From the human T2T-CHM13v2.0 reference genome, Homo sapiens: 64,000 nt of DNA. The stretch is from assembly GCF_009914755.1 (NCBI RefSeq), contig NC_060948.1; one strand, written 5' to 3'. The position numbers were made by a program, and so were the translations under genes. The notes under the pieces were generated by a model. That model worked only from the letters and a program-made list of their open reading frames with translations. It searched no databases and had not been told where the DNA came from. Position 1 is the first letter of the stretch, and each line of letters opens with the position of its first letter. Of this stretch, positions 40,192-59,542 are shown one piece after another.

Positions 40192-42296
40192 AGATCCATA
40201 TTTTTTAAATGAAAAAAAATTTCAAAGGTACTCTGCTTGGTACAATAATCAAATGTATAAACTGAGGAATAAAACATAACCATGAAACCTACTTATAACT
40301 GCATATGGAAAATACAGAGGATAATTTTTTAAATAACATATTTTGAAAGCCTTAACTAGTAATTTGAAGAGTTGGCATTTGAAAGGCCAGTATGAATATA
40401 CCTTCAAAGCAGCAACACAGGTTCCCCATGAGAAAAAGCAAACACAGGGAAAATAAAAACACAAAGGTTCAATCTCTTCTGACCTTTGAAAGACACAGCA
40501 CAGACAGTGGTCCTTAGGACGAAGAGCAGGAGACCCCTAATTCCGTCACCATGGCGATAGGGCATAAACATTGCTGGGTGAGGGCACAATCCACATTGTG
40601 AGGTCCAACTGCTGCCAGGAAGACAGGAGTGCTTTTACATAGACCGAAAGGTCATTGAAGGCTCAGAGTTTTGTTTCAAGAACTGAATCCCAAGCCCACA
40701 CGTTATTAGGCTGCGCTTCTTAAAACAAGTTATGAGATGGGAAAAAGGGCACCCACAAACATACGTATACATTATGTATATAATAATATACACTATCATA
40801 TATATAATATATATAACCTATGTATAATATTGTTTTACATCCTGCATCTAATGTTATATATATTGTATAAAATATAATAATTGATAATATATAAGTTTTA
40901 TAATTATACAATATGACATATAGTATATATTATAATTTATGACATATATAATATATGTTATATGTCATATATAGAATATATTATACGGTTAATATACGTA
41001 TTAAATATAAATTATACATTATATATATTATATATAATATATCTGTTATATATAATACCCATTATGCATAATATATATATTATGTCTATGTTATATATAG
41101 CATAAAACAACATATAATAATATATAATTGTATATATAAAATGCGACATATAATATATATTATATTTTATTACATATGTAATATATATTATATATTATAT
41201 ATAATACGTTGTATGTATAATACCTATATTAAATATATATTATATGACTATGTTATTAATTACATGTCACATGCGTTATATATTATATATTTTATATAGA
41301 ATATACCGGTTACATACAATATATACTATGTTACCTATAATGTATAATTTATTACATGTAAAATAAAGAATGCAATATATTATGTAAAATTTATAATATA
41401 CCATATGTGGAATGTGATATATATAACATATAATATATGATATATGATGTACAGTATATGATATATAACATACAATATATGATTCCTAATATATATGGTA
41501 TACAATATATATTTTATGTTATGTATTCTATATGTTTTATATTCTGTTATATATAACTATTTGAAATTATATATAACTGTATAATATTTTATGTAAATAT
41601 GTAATATAATATATATAACTATATAATATATTATATATAACTATATATTATGTTATATATACTTTTATAACATAATTTACATAAAATATCATAATATAAT
41701 ATATATTATATTATTTCATATTACATAATATATATTACATATCACCCAATATAACTAACATACATAATATTATAATATAGAATATATTATGTTATATTAA
41801 ATATCATATATATCATGTATCATATATTCTATAATATATATTACACCTTATATAATATGTATGTTGTCTATTATGTGATATATATAACTATATATATAAT
41901 TATATTTTTATACATATAACTAGATAAACATGTAATTCTACATATTTTCATTTATAATATGTAGAATTATATAATCATATATAATTATTTATATTCTATA
42001 AAAAATTTTATCATTATATAAATTATAATATATAAAAATTATAATATGTACTACAAATATATATATTATATATCATATATGATATAGTACCTTTGTTATA
42101 TATCATAATACATATAAATGTGTATTATGTTATCTATAATTATATAATTTCATATATAAGATGTATAATATGTATCATATATTATATATGTTATGTAATA
42201 TATATAGTATATATAAGATGACACAGGATAAATATTATATACTATGACATATAAAATATATGAGGTTATATGTTACATATAAGGCATAGCACATAA

Positions 42297-42611
<315 letters not shown>

Positions 42612-44716
42612 AGATCCATATTTTTTAAATTAAAAAAAGTTTCAAAGGTACTCTGCTTGGTACAATAATCAAATGTATAAACTGAGGAATAAAACATAAC
42701 CATGAAACCTACTTATAACTGCATATGGAAAATACAGAGGATAATTTTTTAAATAACATATTTTGAAAGCCTTAACTAGTAATTTGAAGAGCTGGCATTT
42801 GAAAGGCCAGTATGAATATACCTTCAAAGCAGCAACACAGGTTCCCCATGAGAAAAAGCAAACACAGGGAAAATAAAACCACAAAGGTTCAATCTCTTCT
42901 GACCTTTGAAAGACACAGCACAGACAGTGGTCCTTAGGACGAAGAGCAGGAGACCCCTAATTCCGTCACCATGGCGATAGGGCATAAACATTGCTGGGTG
43001 AGGGCACAATCCACATTGTGAGGTCCAACTGCTGCCAGGAAGACAGGAGTGCTTTTACATAGACCGAAAGGTCATTGAAGGCTCAGAGTTTTGTTTCAAG
43101 AACTGAATCCCAAGCCCACACGTTATTAGGCTGCGCTTCTTAAAACAAGTTATGAGATGGGAAAAAGGGCACCCACAAACATACGTATACATTATGTATA
43201 TAATAATATACAGTATCATATATATAATATATATAACCTATGTATAATATTGTTTTACATCCTGCATCTTATGTTATATATATTGTATAAAATATAATAA
43301 TTGATAATATATAAGTTTTATAATTATACAATATGACATATAGTATATATTATAATTTATGACATATATAATATATGTTATATGTCATATATAGAATATA
43401 TTATACGGTTAATATACGTATTAAATATAAATTATACATTATATATATTATATATAATATATCTGTTATATATAATACCCATTATGCATAATATATATAT
43501 TATGTCTATGTTATATATAGTATAAAACAACATATAATAATATATAATTGTATATATAAAATGCGACATATAATATATATTATATTTTATAACATATGTA
43601 ATATATATTATATATTATATATAATACGTTGTATGTATAATACCTATATTAAATATATATTATATGACTATGTTATTAATTACGTGTCACATGTGTTATA
43701 TATTATATATTTTACATAGAATATACCGGTTACATACAATATATACTATGTTACCTATAATGTATAATTTATTACATGTAAAATAAACAATGCAATATAT
43801 TATGTATAATTTATAATATACAATATGTGGAATGTGATATATATAACATATAATATATGATATATGATATACAGTATATGATATATAACATACAATATAT
43901 GATTCCTAATATATATGGTATACAATATATATTTTATGATATGTATTCTATGTGTTTTATATTCTGTTATATATAACTATTTGAAATTATATATAACTGT
44001 ATAATATTTTATGTAAATATGTAATATAATATATATAACTATATAATATATTATATATAACTATATATTATGTTATATATACTTTTATAACATAATTTAC
44101 ATAAAATATCATAATATAATATATATTATATTATTTCATATTACATAATATATATTACATATCACCCAATATAACTAACATACATAATATTATAATATAG
44201 ATTATATTATGTTATATTAAATATCATATATATCATGTATCATATATTCTATAATATATATTACACATTATATAATATGTATGTTGTCTATTATGTGATA
44301 TATATAACTATATATATAATTATATTTTTATACATATAACTAGATAAACATGTAATTCTACATATTTTCATTTATAATATGTAGAATTATAAAATCATAT
44401 ATAATTATTTATATTCTATAAAAAATTTTATCATTATATAAATTATAATATATAAAAATTATAATAGGTACTACAAATATATATATTATATATCATATAT
44501 GATATAGTACCTTTGTTATATTTCATAATACATATAAATGTGTATTATGTTATCTATAATTATATAATTTCATATATAAGATGTATAATGTGTATCATAT
44601 ATTATATATGTTATGTAATATATATAGTATATATAAGATGACACAGGATAAATATTATATACTATGACATATAAAATATATGAGGTTATATGTTACATAT
44701 AAGGCATAGCACATAA

Positions 44717-45031
<315 letters not shown>

Positions 45032-47136
45032 AGATCCATATTTTTTAAATGAAAAAAAATTTCAAAGGTACTCTGCTTGGTACAATAATCAAATGTATAA
45101 ACTGAGGAATAAAACATAACCATGAAACCTACTTATAACTGCATATGGAAAATACAGAGGATAATTTTTTAAATAACATATTTTGAAAGCCTTAACTAGT
45201 AATTTGAAGAGTTGGCATTTGAAAGGCCAGTATGAATATACCTTCAAAGCAGCAACACAGGTTCCCCATGAGAAAAAGCAAACACAGGGAAAATAAAAAC
45301 ACAAAGGTTCAATCTCTTCTGACCTTTGAAAGACACAGCACAGACAGTGGTCCTTAGGACGAAGAGCAGGAGACCCCTAATTCCGTCACCATGGCGATAG
45401 GGCATAAACATTGCTGGGTGAGGGCACAATCCACATTGTGAGGTCCAACTGCTGCCAGGAAGACAGGAGTGCTTTTACATAGACCGAAAGGTCATTGAAG
45501 GCTCAGAGTTTTGTTTCAAGAACTGAATCCCAAGCCCACACGTTATTAGGCTGCGCTTCTTAAAACAAGTTATGAGATGGGAAAAAGGGCACCCACAAAC
45601 ATACGTATACATTATGTATATAATAATATACAGTATCATATATATAATATATATAACCTATGTATAATATTGTTTTACATCCTGCATCTTATGTTATATA
45701 TATTGTATAAAATATAATAATTGATAATATATAAGTTTTATAATTATACAATATGACATATAGTATATATTATAATTTATGACATATATAATATATGTTA
45801 TATGTCATATATAGAATATATTATACGGTTAATATACGTATTAAATATAAATTATACATTATATATATTATATATAATATATCTGTTATATATAATACCC
45901 ATTATGCATAATATATATATTATGTCTATGTTATATATAGCATAAAACAACATATAATAATATATAATTGTATATATAAAATGCGACATATAATATATAT
46001 TATATTTTATTACATATGTAATATATATTATATATTATGTATAATACGTTGTATGTATAATACCTATATTAAATATATATTATATGACTATGTTATTAAT
46101 TACATGTCACATGCGTTATATATTATATATTTTATATAGAATATACCGGTTACATACAATATATACTATGTTACCTATAATGTATAATTTATTACATGTA
46201 AAATAAAGAATGCAATATATTATGTAAAATTTATAATATACCATATGTGGAATGTGATATATATAACATATAATATATGATATATGATGTACAGTATATG
46301 ATATATAACATACAATATATGATTCCTAATATATATGGTATACAATATATATTTTATGTTATGTATTCTATATGTTTTATATTCTGTTATATATAACTAT
46401 TTGAAATTATATATAACTGTATAATATTTTATGTAAATATGTAATATAATATATATAACTATATAATATATTATATATAACTATATATTATGTTATATAT
46501 ACTTTTATAACATAATTTACATAAAATATCATAATATAATATATATTATATTATTTCATATTACATAATATATATTACATATCACCCAATATAACTAACA
46601 TACATAATATTATAAGATAGATTATATTGTGTTATATTAAATATCATATATATCATGTATCATATATTCTATAATATGTATTACACATTATATAATATGT
46701 ATGTTGTCTATTATGTGATATATATAACTATATATATAATTATATTTTTATACATGTAACTAGATAAACATGTAATTCTACATATTTTCATTTATAATAT
46801 GTATAATTATATAATCATATATAATTATTTATATTCTATAAAAAATTTTATCATTATATAAATTATAATATATAAAAATTATAATATGTACTACAAATAT
46901 ATATATTATATATCATATATGATATAGTACCATTGTTATATTTCATAATACATATAAATGTGTATTATGTTATCTATAATTATATAATTTCATATATAAG
47001 ATGTATAATATGTATCATAAATTATATATGTTATGTAATATATATAGTATATATAAGATGACACAGGATAAATATTATATACTATGACATATAAAATATA
47101 TGAGGTTATATGTTACATATAAGGCATAGCACATAA

Positions 47137-47451
<315 letters not shown>

Positions 47452-49556
47452 AGATCCATATTTTTTAAATGAAAAAAAATTTCAAAGGTACTCTGCTTGG
47501 TACAATAATCAAATGTATAAACTGAGGAATAAAACATAACCATGAAACCTACTTATAACTGCATATGGAAAATACAGAGGATAATTTTTTAAATAACATA
47601 TTTTGAAAGCCTTAACTAGTAATTTGAAGAGCTGGCATTTGAAAGGCCAGTATGAATATACCTTCAAAGCAGCAACACAGGTTCCCCATGAGAAAAAGCA
47701 AACACAGGGAAAATAAAACCACAAAGGTTCAATCTCTTCTGACCTTTGAAAGACACAGCACAGACAGTGGTCCTTAGGACGAAGAGCAGGAGACCCCTAA
47801 TTCCGTCACCATGGCGATAGGGCATAAACATTGCTGGGTGAGGGCACAATCCACATTGTGAGGTCCAACTGCTGCCAGGAAGACAGGAGTGCTTTTACAT
47901 AGACCGAAAGGTCATTGAAGGCTCAGAGTTTTGTTTCAAGAACTGAATCCCAAGCCCACACGTTATTAGGCTGCGCTTCTTAAAACAAGTTATGAGATGG
48001 GAAAAAGGGCACCCACAAACATACGTATACATTATGTATATAATAATATACAGTATCATATATATAATATATATAACCTATGTATAATATTGTTTTACAT
48101 CCTGCATCTTATGTTATATATATTGTATAAAATATAATAATTGATAATATATAAGTTTTATAATTATACAATATGACATATAGTATATATTATAATTTAT
48201 GACATATATAATATATGTTATATGTCATATATAGAATATATTATACGGTTAATATACGTATTAAATATAAATTATACATTATATATATTATATATAATAT
48301 ATCTGTTATATATAATACCCATTATGCATAATATATATATTATGTCTATGTTATATATAGTATAAAACAACATATAATAATATATAATTGTATATATAAA
48401 ATGCGACATATAATATATATTATATTTTATTACATATGTAATATATATTATATATTATATATAATACGTTGTATGTATAATACCTATATTAAATATATAT
48501 TATATGACTATGTTATTAATTACATGTCACATGCGTTATATATTATATATTTTACATAGAATATACCGGTTACATACAATATATACTATGTTACCTATAA
48601 TGTATAATTTATTACATGTAAAATAAAGAATGCAATATATTATGTAAAATTTATAATATACCATATGTGGAATGTGATATATATAACATATAATATATGA
48701 TATATGATGTACAGTATATGATATATAACATACAATATATGATTCCTAATATATATGGTATACAATATATATTTTATGTTATGTATTCTATATGTTTTAT
48801 ATTCTGTTATATATAACTATTTGAAATTATATATAACTGTATAATATTTTATGTAAATATGTAATATAATATATATAACTATATAATATATTATATATAA
48901 CTATATATTATGTTATATATACTTTTATAACATAATTTACATAAAATATCATAATATAATATATATTATATTATTTCATATTACATAATATATATTACAT
49001 ATCACCCAATATAACTAACATACATAATATTATAATATAGATTATATTATGTTATATTAAATATCATATATATCATGTATCATATATTCTATAATATATA
49101 TTACACCTTATATAATATGTATGTTGTCTATTATGTGATATATATAACTATATATATAATTATATTTTTATACATATAACTAGATAAACATGTAATTCTA
49201 CATATTTCCATTTATAATATGTAGAATTATATAATCATATATAATTATTTATATTCTATAAAAAATTTTATCATTATATAAATTATAATATATAAAAATT
49301 ATAATATGTACTACAAATATATATATTATATATCATATATGATATAGTACCTTTGTTATATATCATAATACATATAAATGTGTATTATGTTATCTATAAT
49401 TATATAATTTCATATATAAGATGTATAATATGTATCATATATTATATATGTTATGTAATATATATAGTATATATAAGATGACACAGGATAAATATTATAT
49501 ACTATGACATATAAAATATATGAGGTTATATGTTACATATAAGGCATAGCACATAA

Positions 49557-49871
<315 letters not shown>

Positions 49872-51999
49872 AGATCCATCTTTTTTAAATGAAAAAAAAT
49901 TTCAAAGGTACTCTGCTTGGTACAATAATCAAATGTATAAACTGAGGAATAAAACATAACCATGAAACCTACTTATAACTGCATATGGAAAATACAGAGG
50001 ATAATTTTTTAAATAACATATTTTGAAAGCCTTAACTAGTAATTTGAAGAGCTGGCATTTGAAAGGCCAGTATGAATATACCTTCAAAGCAGCAACACAG
50101 GTTCCCCATGAGAAAAAGCAAACACAGGGAAAATAAAACCACAAAGGTTCAATCTCTTCTGACCTTTGAAAGACACAGCACAGACAGTGGTCCTTAGGAC
50201 GAAGAGCAGGAGACCCCTAATTCCGTCACCATGGCGATAGGGCATAAACATTGCTGGGTGAGGGCACAATCCACATTGTGAGGTCCAACTGCTGCCAGGA
50301 AGACAGGAGTGCTTTTACATAGACCGAAAGGTCATTGAAGGCTCAGAGTTTTGTTTCAAGAACTGAATCCCAAGCCCACACGTTATTAGGCTGCGCTTCT
50401 TAAAACAAGTTATGAGATGGGAAAAAGGGCACCCACAAACATACGTATACATTATGTATATAATAATATACAGTATCATATATATAATATATATAACCTA
50501 TGTATAATATTGTTTTACATCCTGCATCTTATGTTATATATATTGTATAAAATATAATAATTGATAATATATAAGTTTTATAATTATACAATATGACATA
50601 TAGTATATATTATAATTTATGACATATATAATATATGTTATATGTCATATATAGAATATATTATACGGTTAATATACGTATTAAATATAAATTATACATT
50701 ATATATATTATATATAATATATCTGTTATATATAATACCCATTATGCATAATATATATATTATGTCTATGTTATATATAGTATAAAACAACATATAATAA
50801 TATATAATTGTATATATAAAATGCGACATATAATATATATTATATTTTATAACATATGTAATATATATTATATATTATATATAATACGTTGTATGTATAA
50901 TACCTATATTAAATATATATTATATGACTATGGTATTAATTACGTGTCACATGTGTTATATATTATATATTTTACATAGAATATACCGGTTACATACAAT
51001 ATATACTATGTTACCTATAATGTATAATTTATTACATGTAAAATAAACAATGCAATATATTATGTATAATTTATAATATACAATATGTGGAATGTGATAT
51101 ATATAACATATAATATATGATATATGATATACAGTATATGATATATAACATACAATATATGATTCCTAATATATATGGTATACAATATATATTTTATGAT
51201 ATGTATTCTATATGTTTTATATTCTGTTATATATAACTATTTGAAATTATATATAACTGTATAATATTTTATGTAAATATGTAATATAATATATATAACT
51301 ATATAATATATTATATATAACTATATATTATGTTATATATACTTTTATAACATAATTTACATAAAATATCATAATATAATATATATTATATTATTTCATA
51401 TTACATAATATATATTACATATCACCCAATATAACTAACATACATAATATTATAATATAGATTATATTGTGTTATATTAAATATCATATATATCATGTAT
51501 CATATATTCTATAATATATATTACACATTATATAATATGTATGTTGTCTATTATGTGATATATATAACTATATATATAATTATATTTTTATACATATAAC
51601 TAGATAAACATGTAATTCTACATATTTTCATTTATAATATGTATAATTATATAATCATATATAATTATTTATATTCTATAAAAAATTTTATCATTATATA
51701 AATTATAATATATAAAAATTATAATATGTACTACAAATATATATATTATATATCATATATGATATAGTACTATTGTTATATTTCATAATACATATAAATG
51801 TGTATTATGTTATCTATAATTATATAATTTCATATAAAAGATGTATAATATGTATCATAAATTATATATGTTGTGTAATATATATAGTATATATAAGATG
51901 ACACAGGATAAATATTATATACTATGACATATAAAATATATGAGGTTATATGTTACATATAAGGCATAGCACATAACATGTAATATATATCATATATAA

Positions 52000-52291
52000 T
52001 TTTTTTTTAGACAGAATCTTGTCCTGTTGCACAGGGTGGGGTACAATGGCGCCATCTTTGCTGACTGCAAATTCTGCCTCACGGGTCCAAGCGATTGTCC
52101 TCCCTCAGCCTCCCAGGTAGCTGGGACTACACCACACTGGGACTACACCAGCTGCCACCATGCCTAGCTAATTTTTTTGATTTTTAGTAGTGACAGAGTT
52201 TCACTGTATTGGCCAGGATGGTCTTGATCTCTTCACCTTGTGATCCCCTTGCCTTGGCCTCCAAATTTGCTGGGATTACAGGCCTGAGCCA
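52000..52291 (-). mobile_element. Alu copy 22
   Basis: T9-agacag ... ctgagcca. Confidence 0.95.
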
Positions 52292-54392
52292 AGATCCATA
52301 TTTTTTAAATGAAAAAAAATTTCAAAGGTACTCTGCTTGGTACAATAATCAAATGTATAAACTGAGGAATAAAACATAACCATGAAACCTACTTATAACT
52401 GCATATGGAAAATACAGAGGATAATTTTTTAAATAACATATTTTGAAAGCCTTAACTAGTAATTTGAAGAGTTGGCATTTGAAAGGCCAGTATGAATATA
52501 CCTTCAAAGCAGCAACACAGGTTCCCCATGAGAAAAAGCAAACACAGGGAAAATAAAAACACAAAGGTTCAATCTCTTCTGACCTTTGAAAGACACAGCA
52601 CAGACAGTGGTCCTTAGGACGAAGAGCAGGAGACCCCTAATTCCGTCACCATGGCGATAGGGCATAAACATTGCTGGGTGAGGGCACAATCCACATTGTG
52701 AGGTCCAACTGCTGCCAGGAAGACAGGAGTGCTTTTACATAGACCGAAAGGTCATTGAAGGCTCAGAGTTTTGTTTCAAGAACTGAATCCCAAGCCCACA
52801 CGTTATTAGGCTGCGCTTCTTAAAACAAGTTATGAGATGGGAAAAAGGGCACCCACAAACATACGTATACATTATGTATATAATAATATACAGTATCATA
52901 TATATAATATATATAACCTATGTATAATATTGTTTTACATCCTGCATCTAATGTTATATATATTGTATAAAATATAATAATTGATAATATATAAGTTTTA
53001 TAATTATACAATATGACATATAGTATATATTATAATTTATGACATATATAATATATGTTATATGTCATATATAGAATATATTATACGGTTAATATACGTA
53101 TTAAATATAAATTATACATTATATATATTATATATAATATATCTGTTATATATAATAACCATTATGCATAATATATATATTATGTCTATGTTATATATAG
53201 CATAAAACAACATATAATAATATATAATTGTATATATAAAATGCGACATATAATATATATTATATTTTATTACATATGTAATATATATTATATATTATAT
53301 ATAATACGTTGTATGTATAATACCTATATTAAATATATATTATATGACTATGTTATTAATTACATGTCACATGCGTTATATATTATATATTTTATATAGA
53401 ATATACCGGTTACATACAATATATACTATGTTACCTATAATGTATAATTTATTACATGTAAAACAAAGAATGCAATATATTATGTAAAATTTATAATATA
53501 CCATATGTGGAATGTGATATATATAACATATAATATATGATATATGATGTACAGTATATGATATATAACATACAATATATGATTCCTAATATATATGGTA
53601 TACAATATATATTTTATGTTATGTATTCTATATGTTTTATATTCTGTTATATATAACTATTTGAAATTATATATAACTGTATAATATTTTATGTAAATAT
53701 GTAATATAATATATATAACTATATAATATATTATATATAACTATATATTATGTTATATATACTTTTATAACATAATTTACATAAAATATCATAATATAAT
53801 ATATATTATATTATTTCATATTACATAATATATATTACATATCACCCAATATAACTAACATACATAATATTATAATATAGATTATATTATGTTATATTAA
53901 ATATCATATATATCATGTATCATATATTCTATAATATATATTACACATTATATAATATGTATGTTGTCTATTATGTGATATATATAACTATATAATTATA
54001 TTTTTATACATATAACTAGATAAACATGTAATTCTAAATATTTTCATTTATAATATGTAGAATTATATAATCATATATAATTATTTATATTCTATAAAAA
54101 ATTTTATCATTATATAAATTATAATATATAAAAATTATAATATGTACTACAAATATATATATTATATATCATATATGATATAGTACCTTTGTTATATTTC
54201 ATAATACATATAAATGTGTATTATGTTATCTATAATTATATAATTTCATATATAAGATGTATAATGTGTATCATATATTATATATGTTATGTAATATATA
54301 TAGTATATATAAGATGACACAGGATAAATATTATATACTATGACATATAAAATATATGAGGTTATATGTTACATATAAGGCATAGCACATAA

Positions 54393-54707
<315 letters not shown>

Positions 54708-56807
54708 AGATCCATATTTTTTAAATGAAAAAAAATTTCAAAGGTACTCTGCTTGGTACAATAATCAAATGTATAAACTGAGGAATAAAACATAACCATG
54801 AAACCTACTTATAACTGCATATGGAAAATACAGAAGATAATTTTTTAAATAACATATTTTGAAAGCCTTAACTAGTAATTTGAAGAGTTGGCATTTGAAA
54901 GGCCAGTATGAATATACCTTCAAAGCAGCAACACAGGTTCCCCATGAGAAAAAGCAAACACAGGGAAAATTAAAACACAAAGGTTCAATCTCTTCTGACC
55001 TTTGAAAGACACAGCACAGACAGTGGTCCTTAGGAGGAAGAGCACGAGACCCCTAATTCCGTCACCATGGCGATAGGGCATAAACATTGCTGGGTGAGGG
55101 CACAATCCACATTGTGAGGTCCAACTGCTGCCAGGAAGACAGGAGTGCTTTTACATAGACCGAAAGGTCATTGAAGGCTCAGAGTTTTGTTTCAAGAACT
55201 GAATCCCAAGCCCACACGTTATTAGGCTGCGCTTCTTAAAACAAGTTATGAGATGGGAAAAAGGGCACCCACAAACATACGTATACATTATGTATATAAT
55301 AATATACAGTATCATATATATAATATACATAACCTATGTATAATATTGTTTTACATCCTGCATCTTATGTTATATATATTGTATAAAATATAATAGTTGA
55401 TAATATATAAGTTTTATAATTATACAATATGACATATAGTATATATTATAATTTATGACATATATAATATATGTTATATGTCATATATAGAATATATTAT
55501 ACGGTTAATATACGTATTAAATATAAATTATACATTATATATATTATATATAATATATCTGTTATATATAATACCCATTATGCATAATATATATATTATG
55601 TCTATGTTATATCTAGTATAAAACAACATATAATAATATATAATTGTATATATAAAATGCGACATATAATATATATTATATTTTATAACATATGTAATAT
55701 ATATTATATATAATACGTTGTATGTATAATACCTATATTAAATATATATTATATGACTATGTTATTAATTACATGTCACATGTGTTATATATTATATATT
55801 TTACATAGAATATACCGGTTACGTACAATATATACTATGTTACCTATAATGTATAATTTATTACATGTAAAATAAAGAATGCAATATATTATGTATAATT
55901 TATAATATACAATATGTGGAATGTGACATATGTAACATATAATATATGATATATGATATACAGTATATGATATATAACATACAATATATGATTCCTAATA
56001 TATACGGTATACAATATATATTTTATGATATGTATTCTATATGTTTTATATTCTGTTATATATAACTATTTGAAATTATATATAACTGTATAATATTTTA
56101 TGTAAATATGTAATATAATATATATAACTATATAATATATTATATATAACTATATATTATGTTATATATACTTTTATAACATAATTTACATAAAATATCA
56201 TAATATACTATATATTATATTATTTCATATTACATAATATATATTACATATCACCCAATATAACTAACATACATAATATTATAATATAGATTATATTATG
56301 TTATATTAAATATCATATATATCATGTATCATATATTCTATAATATATATTACACATTATATAATATGTATGCTGTCTATTATGTGATATATATAACTCA
56401 ATATATAATTATATTTTTATACATATAACTAGATAAACATGTAATTCTACATATTTTCATTTATAATATGTAGAATTATATAATCATATATAATTATTTA
56501 TATTCTATAAAAAATTTTATCATTATATAAATTATAATATATAAAAATTATAATATGTACTACAAATATATATATATTATATATCATATATGATATAGTA
56601 CCTTTGTTATATATCATAATACATATAAATGTGTATTATGTTATCTATAATTATATAATTTCATATATAAGATGTATAATATGTATCATATATTATATAT
56701 GTTATGTAATATATATAGTATATATAAGATGACACAGGATAAATATTATATACTATGACATATAAAATATATGAGGTTATATGTTACATATAAGGCATAG
56801 CACATAA

Positions 56808-57122
<315 letters not shown>

Positions 57123-59227
57123 AGATCCATATTTTGTAAATGAAAAAAAATTTCAAAGGTACTCTGCTTGGTACAATAATCAAATGTATAAACTGAGGAA
57201 TAAAACATAACCATGAAACCTACTTATAACTGCATATGGAAAATACAGAGGATAATTTTTTAAATAACATATTTTGAAAGCCTTAACTAGTAATTTGAAG
57301 AGTTGGCATTTGAAAGGCCAGTATGAATAAACCTTCAAAGCAGCAACACAGGTTCCCCATGAGAAAAAGCAAACACAGGGAAAATAAAAACACAAAGGTT
57401 CAATCTCTTCTGACCTTTGAAAGACACAGCACAGACAGTGGTCCTTAGGACGAAGAGCAGGAGACCCCTAATTCCGTCACCATGGCGATAGGGCATAAAC
57501 ATTGCTGGGTGAGGGCACAATCCACATTGTGAGGTCCAACTGCTGCCAGGAAGACAGGAGTGCTTTTACATAGACCGAAAGGTCATTGAAGGCTCAGAGT
57601 TTTGTTTCAAGAACTGAATCCCAAGCCCACACGTTATTAGGCTGCGCTTCTTAAAACAAGTTATGAGATGGGAAAAAGGGCACCCACAAACATACGTATA
57701 CATTATGTATATAATAATATACTGTATCATATATATAATATATATAACCTATGTATAATATTGTTTTACATCCTGCATCTTATGTTATATATATTGTATA
57801 AAATATAATAATTGATAATATATAAGTTTTATAATTATACAATATGACATATAGTATATATTATAATTTATGACATATATAATATATGTTATATATCATA
57901 TATAGAATATATTATACGGTTAATATACGTATTAAATATAAATTATACCTTATATATATTATATATAATATATCTGTTATATATAATACCCATTATGCAT
58001 AATATATATATTATGTCTATGTTATATATAGTATAAAACAACATATTATAATATATAATTGTATATATAAAATGCGACATATAATATATATTATATTTTA
58101 TAACATATGTAATATATATTATATATTATATATAATACGTTGTATGTATAATACCTATATTAAATATATATTATATGACTATGTTATTAATTACATGTCA
58201 CATGTGTTATATATTATATATTTTACATAGAATATACCGGTTACATACAATATATACTATGTTACCTATAATGTATAATTTATTACATGTAAAATAAAGA
58301 ATGCAATATATTATGTAAAATTTATAATATACCATATGTGGAATGTGATATATATAACATATAATATATGATATATGATGTACAGTATATGATATATAAC
58401 ATACAATATATGATTCCTAATATATATGGTATACAATATATATTTTATGTTATGTATTCTATATGTTTTATATTCTGTTATATATAACTATTTGAAATTA
58501 TATATAACTGTATAATATTTTATGTAAATATGTAATATAATATATATAACTATATAATATATTATATATAACTATATATTATGTTATATATACTTTTATA
58601 ACATAATTTACATAAAATATCATAATATAATATATATTATATTATTTCATATTACATAATATATATTACATATCACCCAATATAACTAACATACATAATA
58701 TTATAAGATAGATTATATTGTGTTATATTAAATATCATATATATCATGTATCATATATTCTATAATATATATTACACATTATATAATATGTATGTTGTCT
58801 ATTATGTGATATATATAACTATATATATAATTATATTTTTATACATATAACTAGATAAACATGTAATTCTACATTTTTTCATTTATAATATGTAGAATTA
58901 TATAATCATATATAATTATTTATATTCTATAAAAAATTTTATCATTATATAAATTATAATATATAAAAATTATAATATGTACTACAAATATATATATTAT
59001 ATATCATATATGATATAGTACCTTTGTTATATATCATAATATATATAAATGTGTATTATGTTATCTATAATTATATAATTTCATATATAAGATGTATAAT
59101 ATGTATCATATATTATATATGTTATGTAATATATATAGTATATATAAGATGACACAGGATAAATATTATATACTATGACATATAAAATATATGAGGTTAT
59201 ATGTTACATATAAGGCATAGCACATAA

Positions 59228-59542
<315 letters not shown>

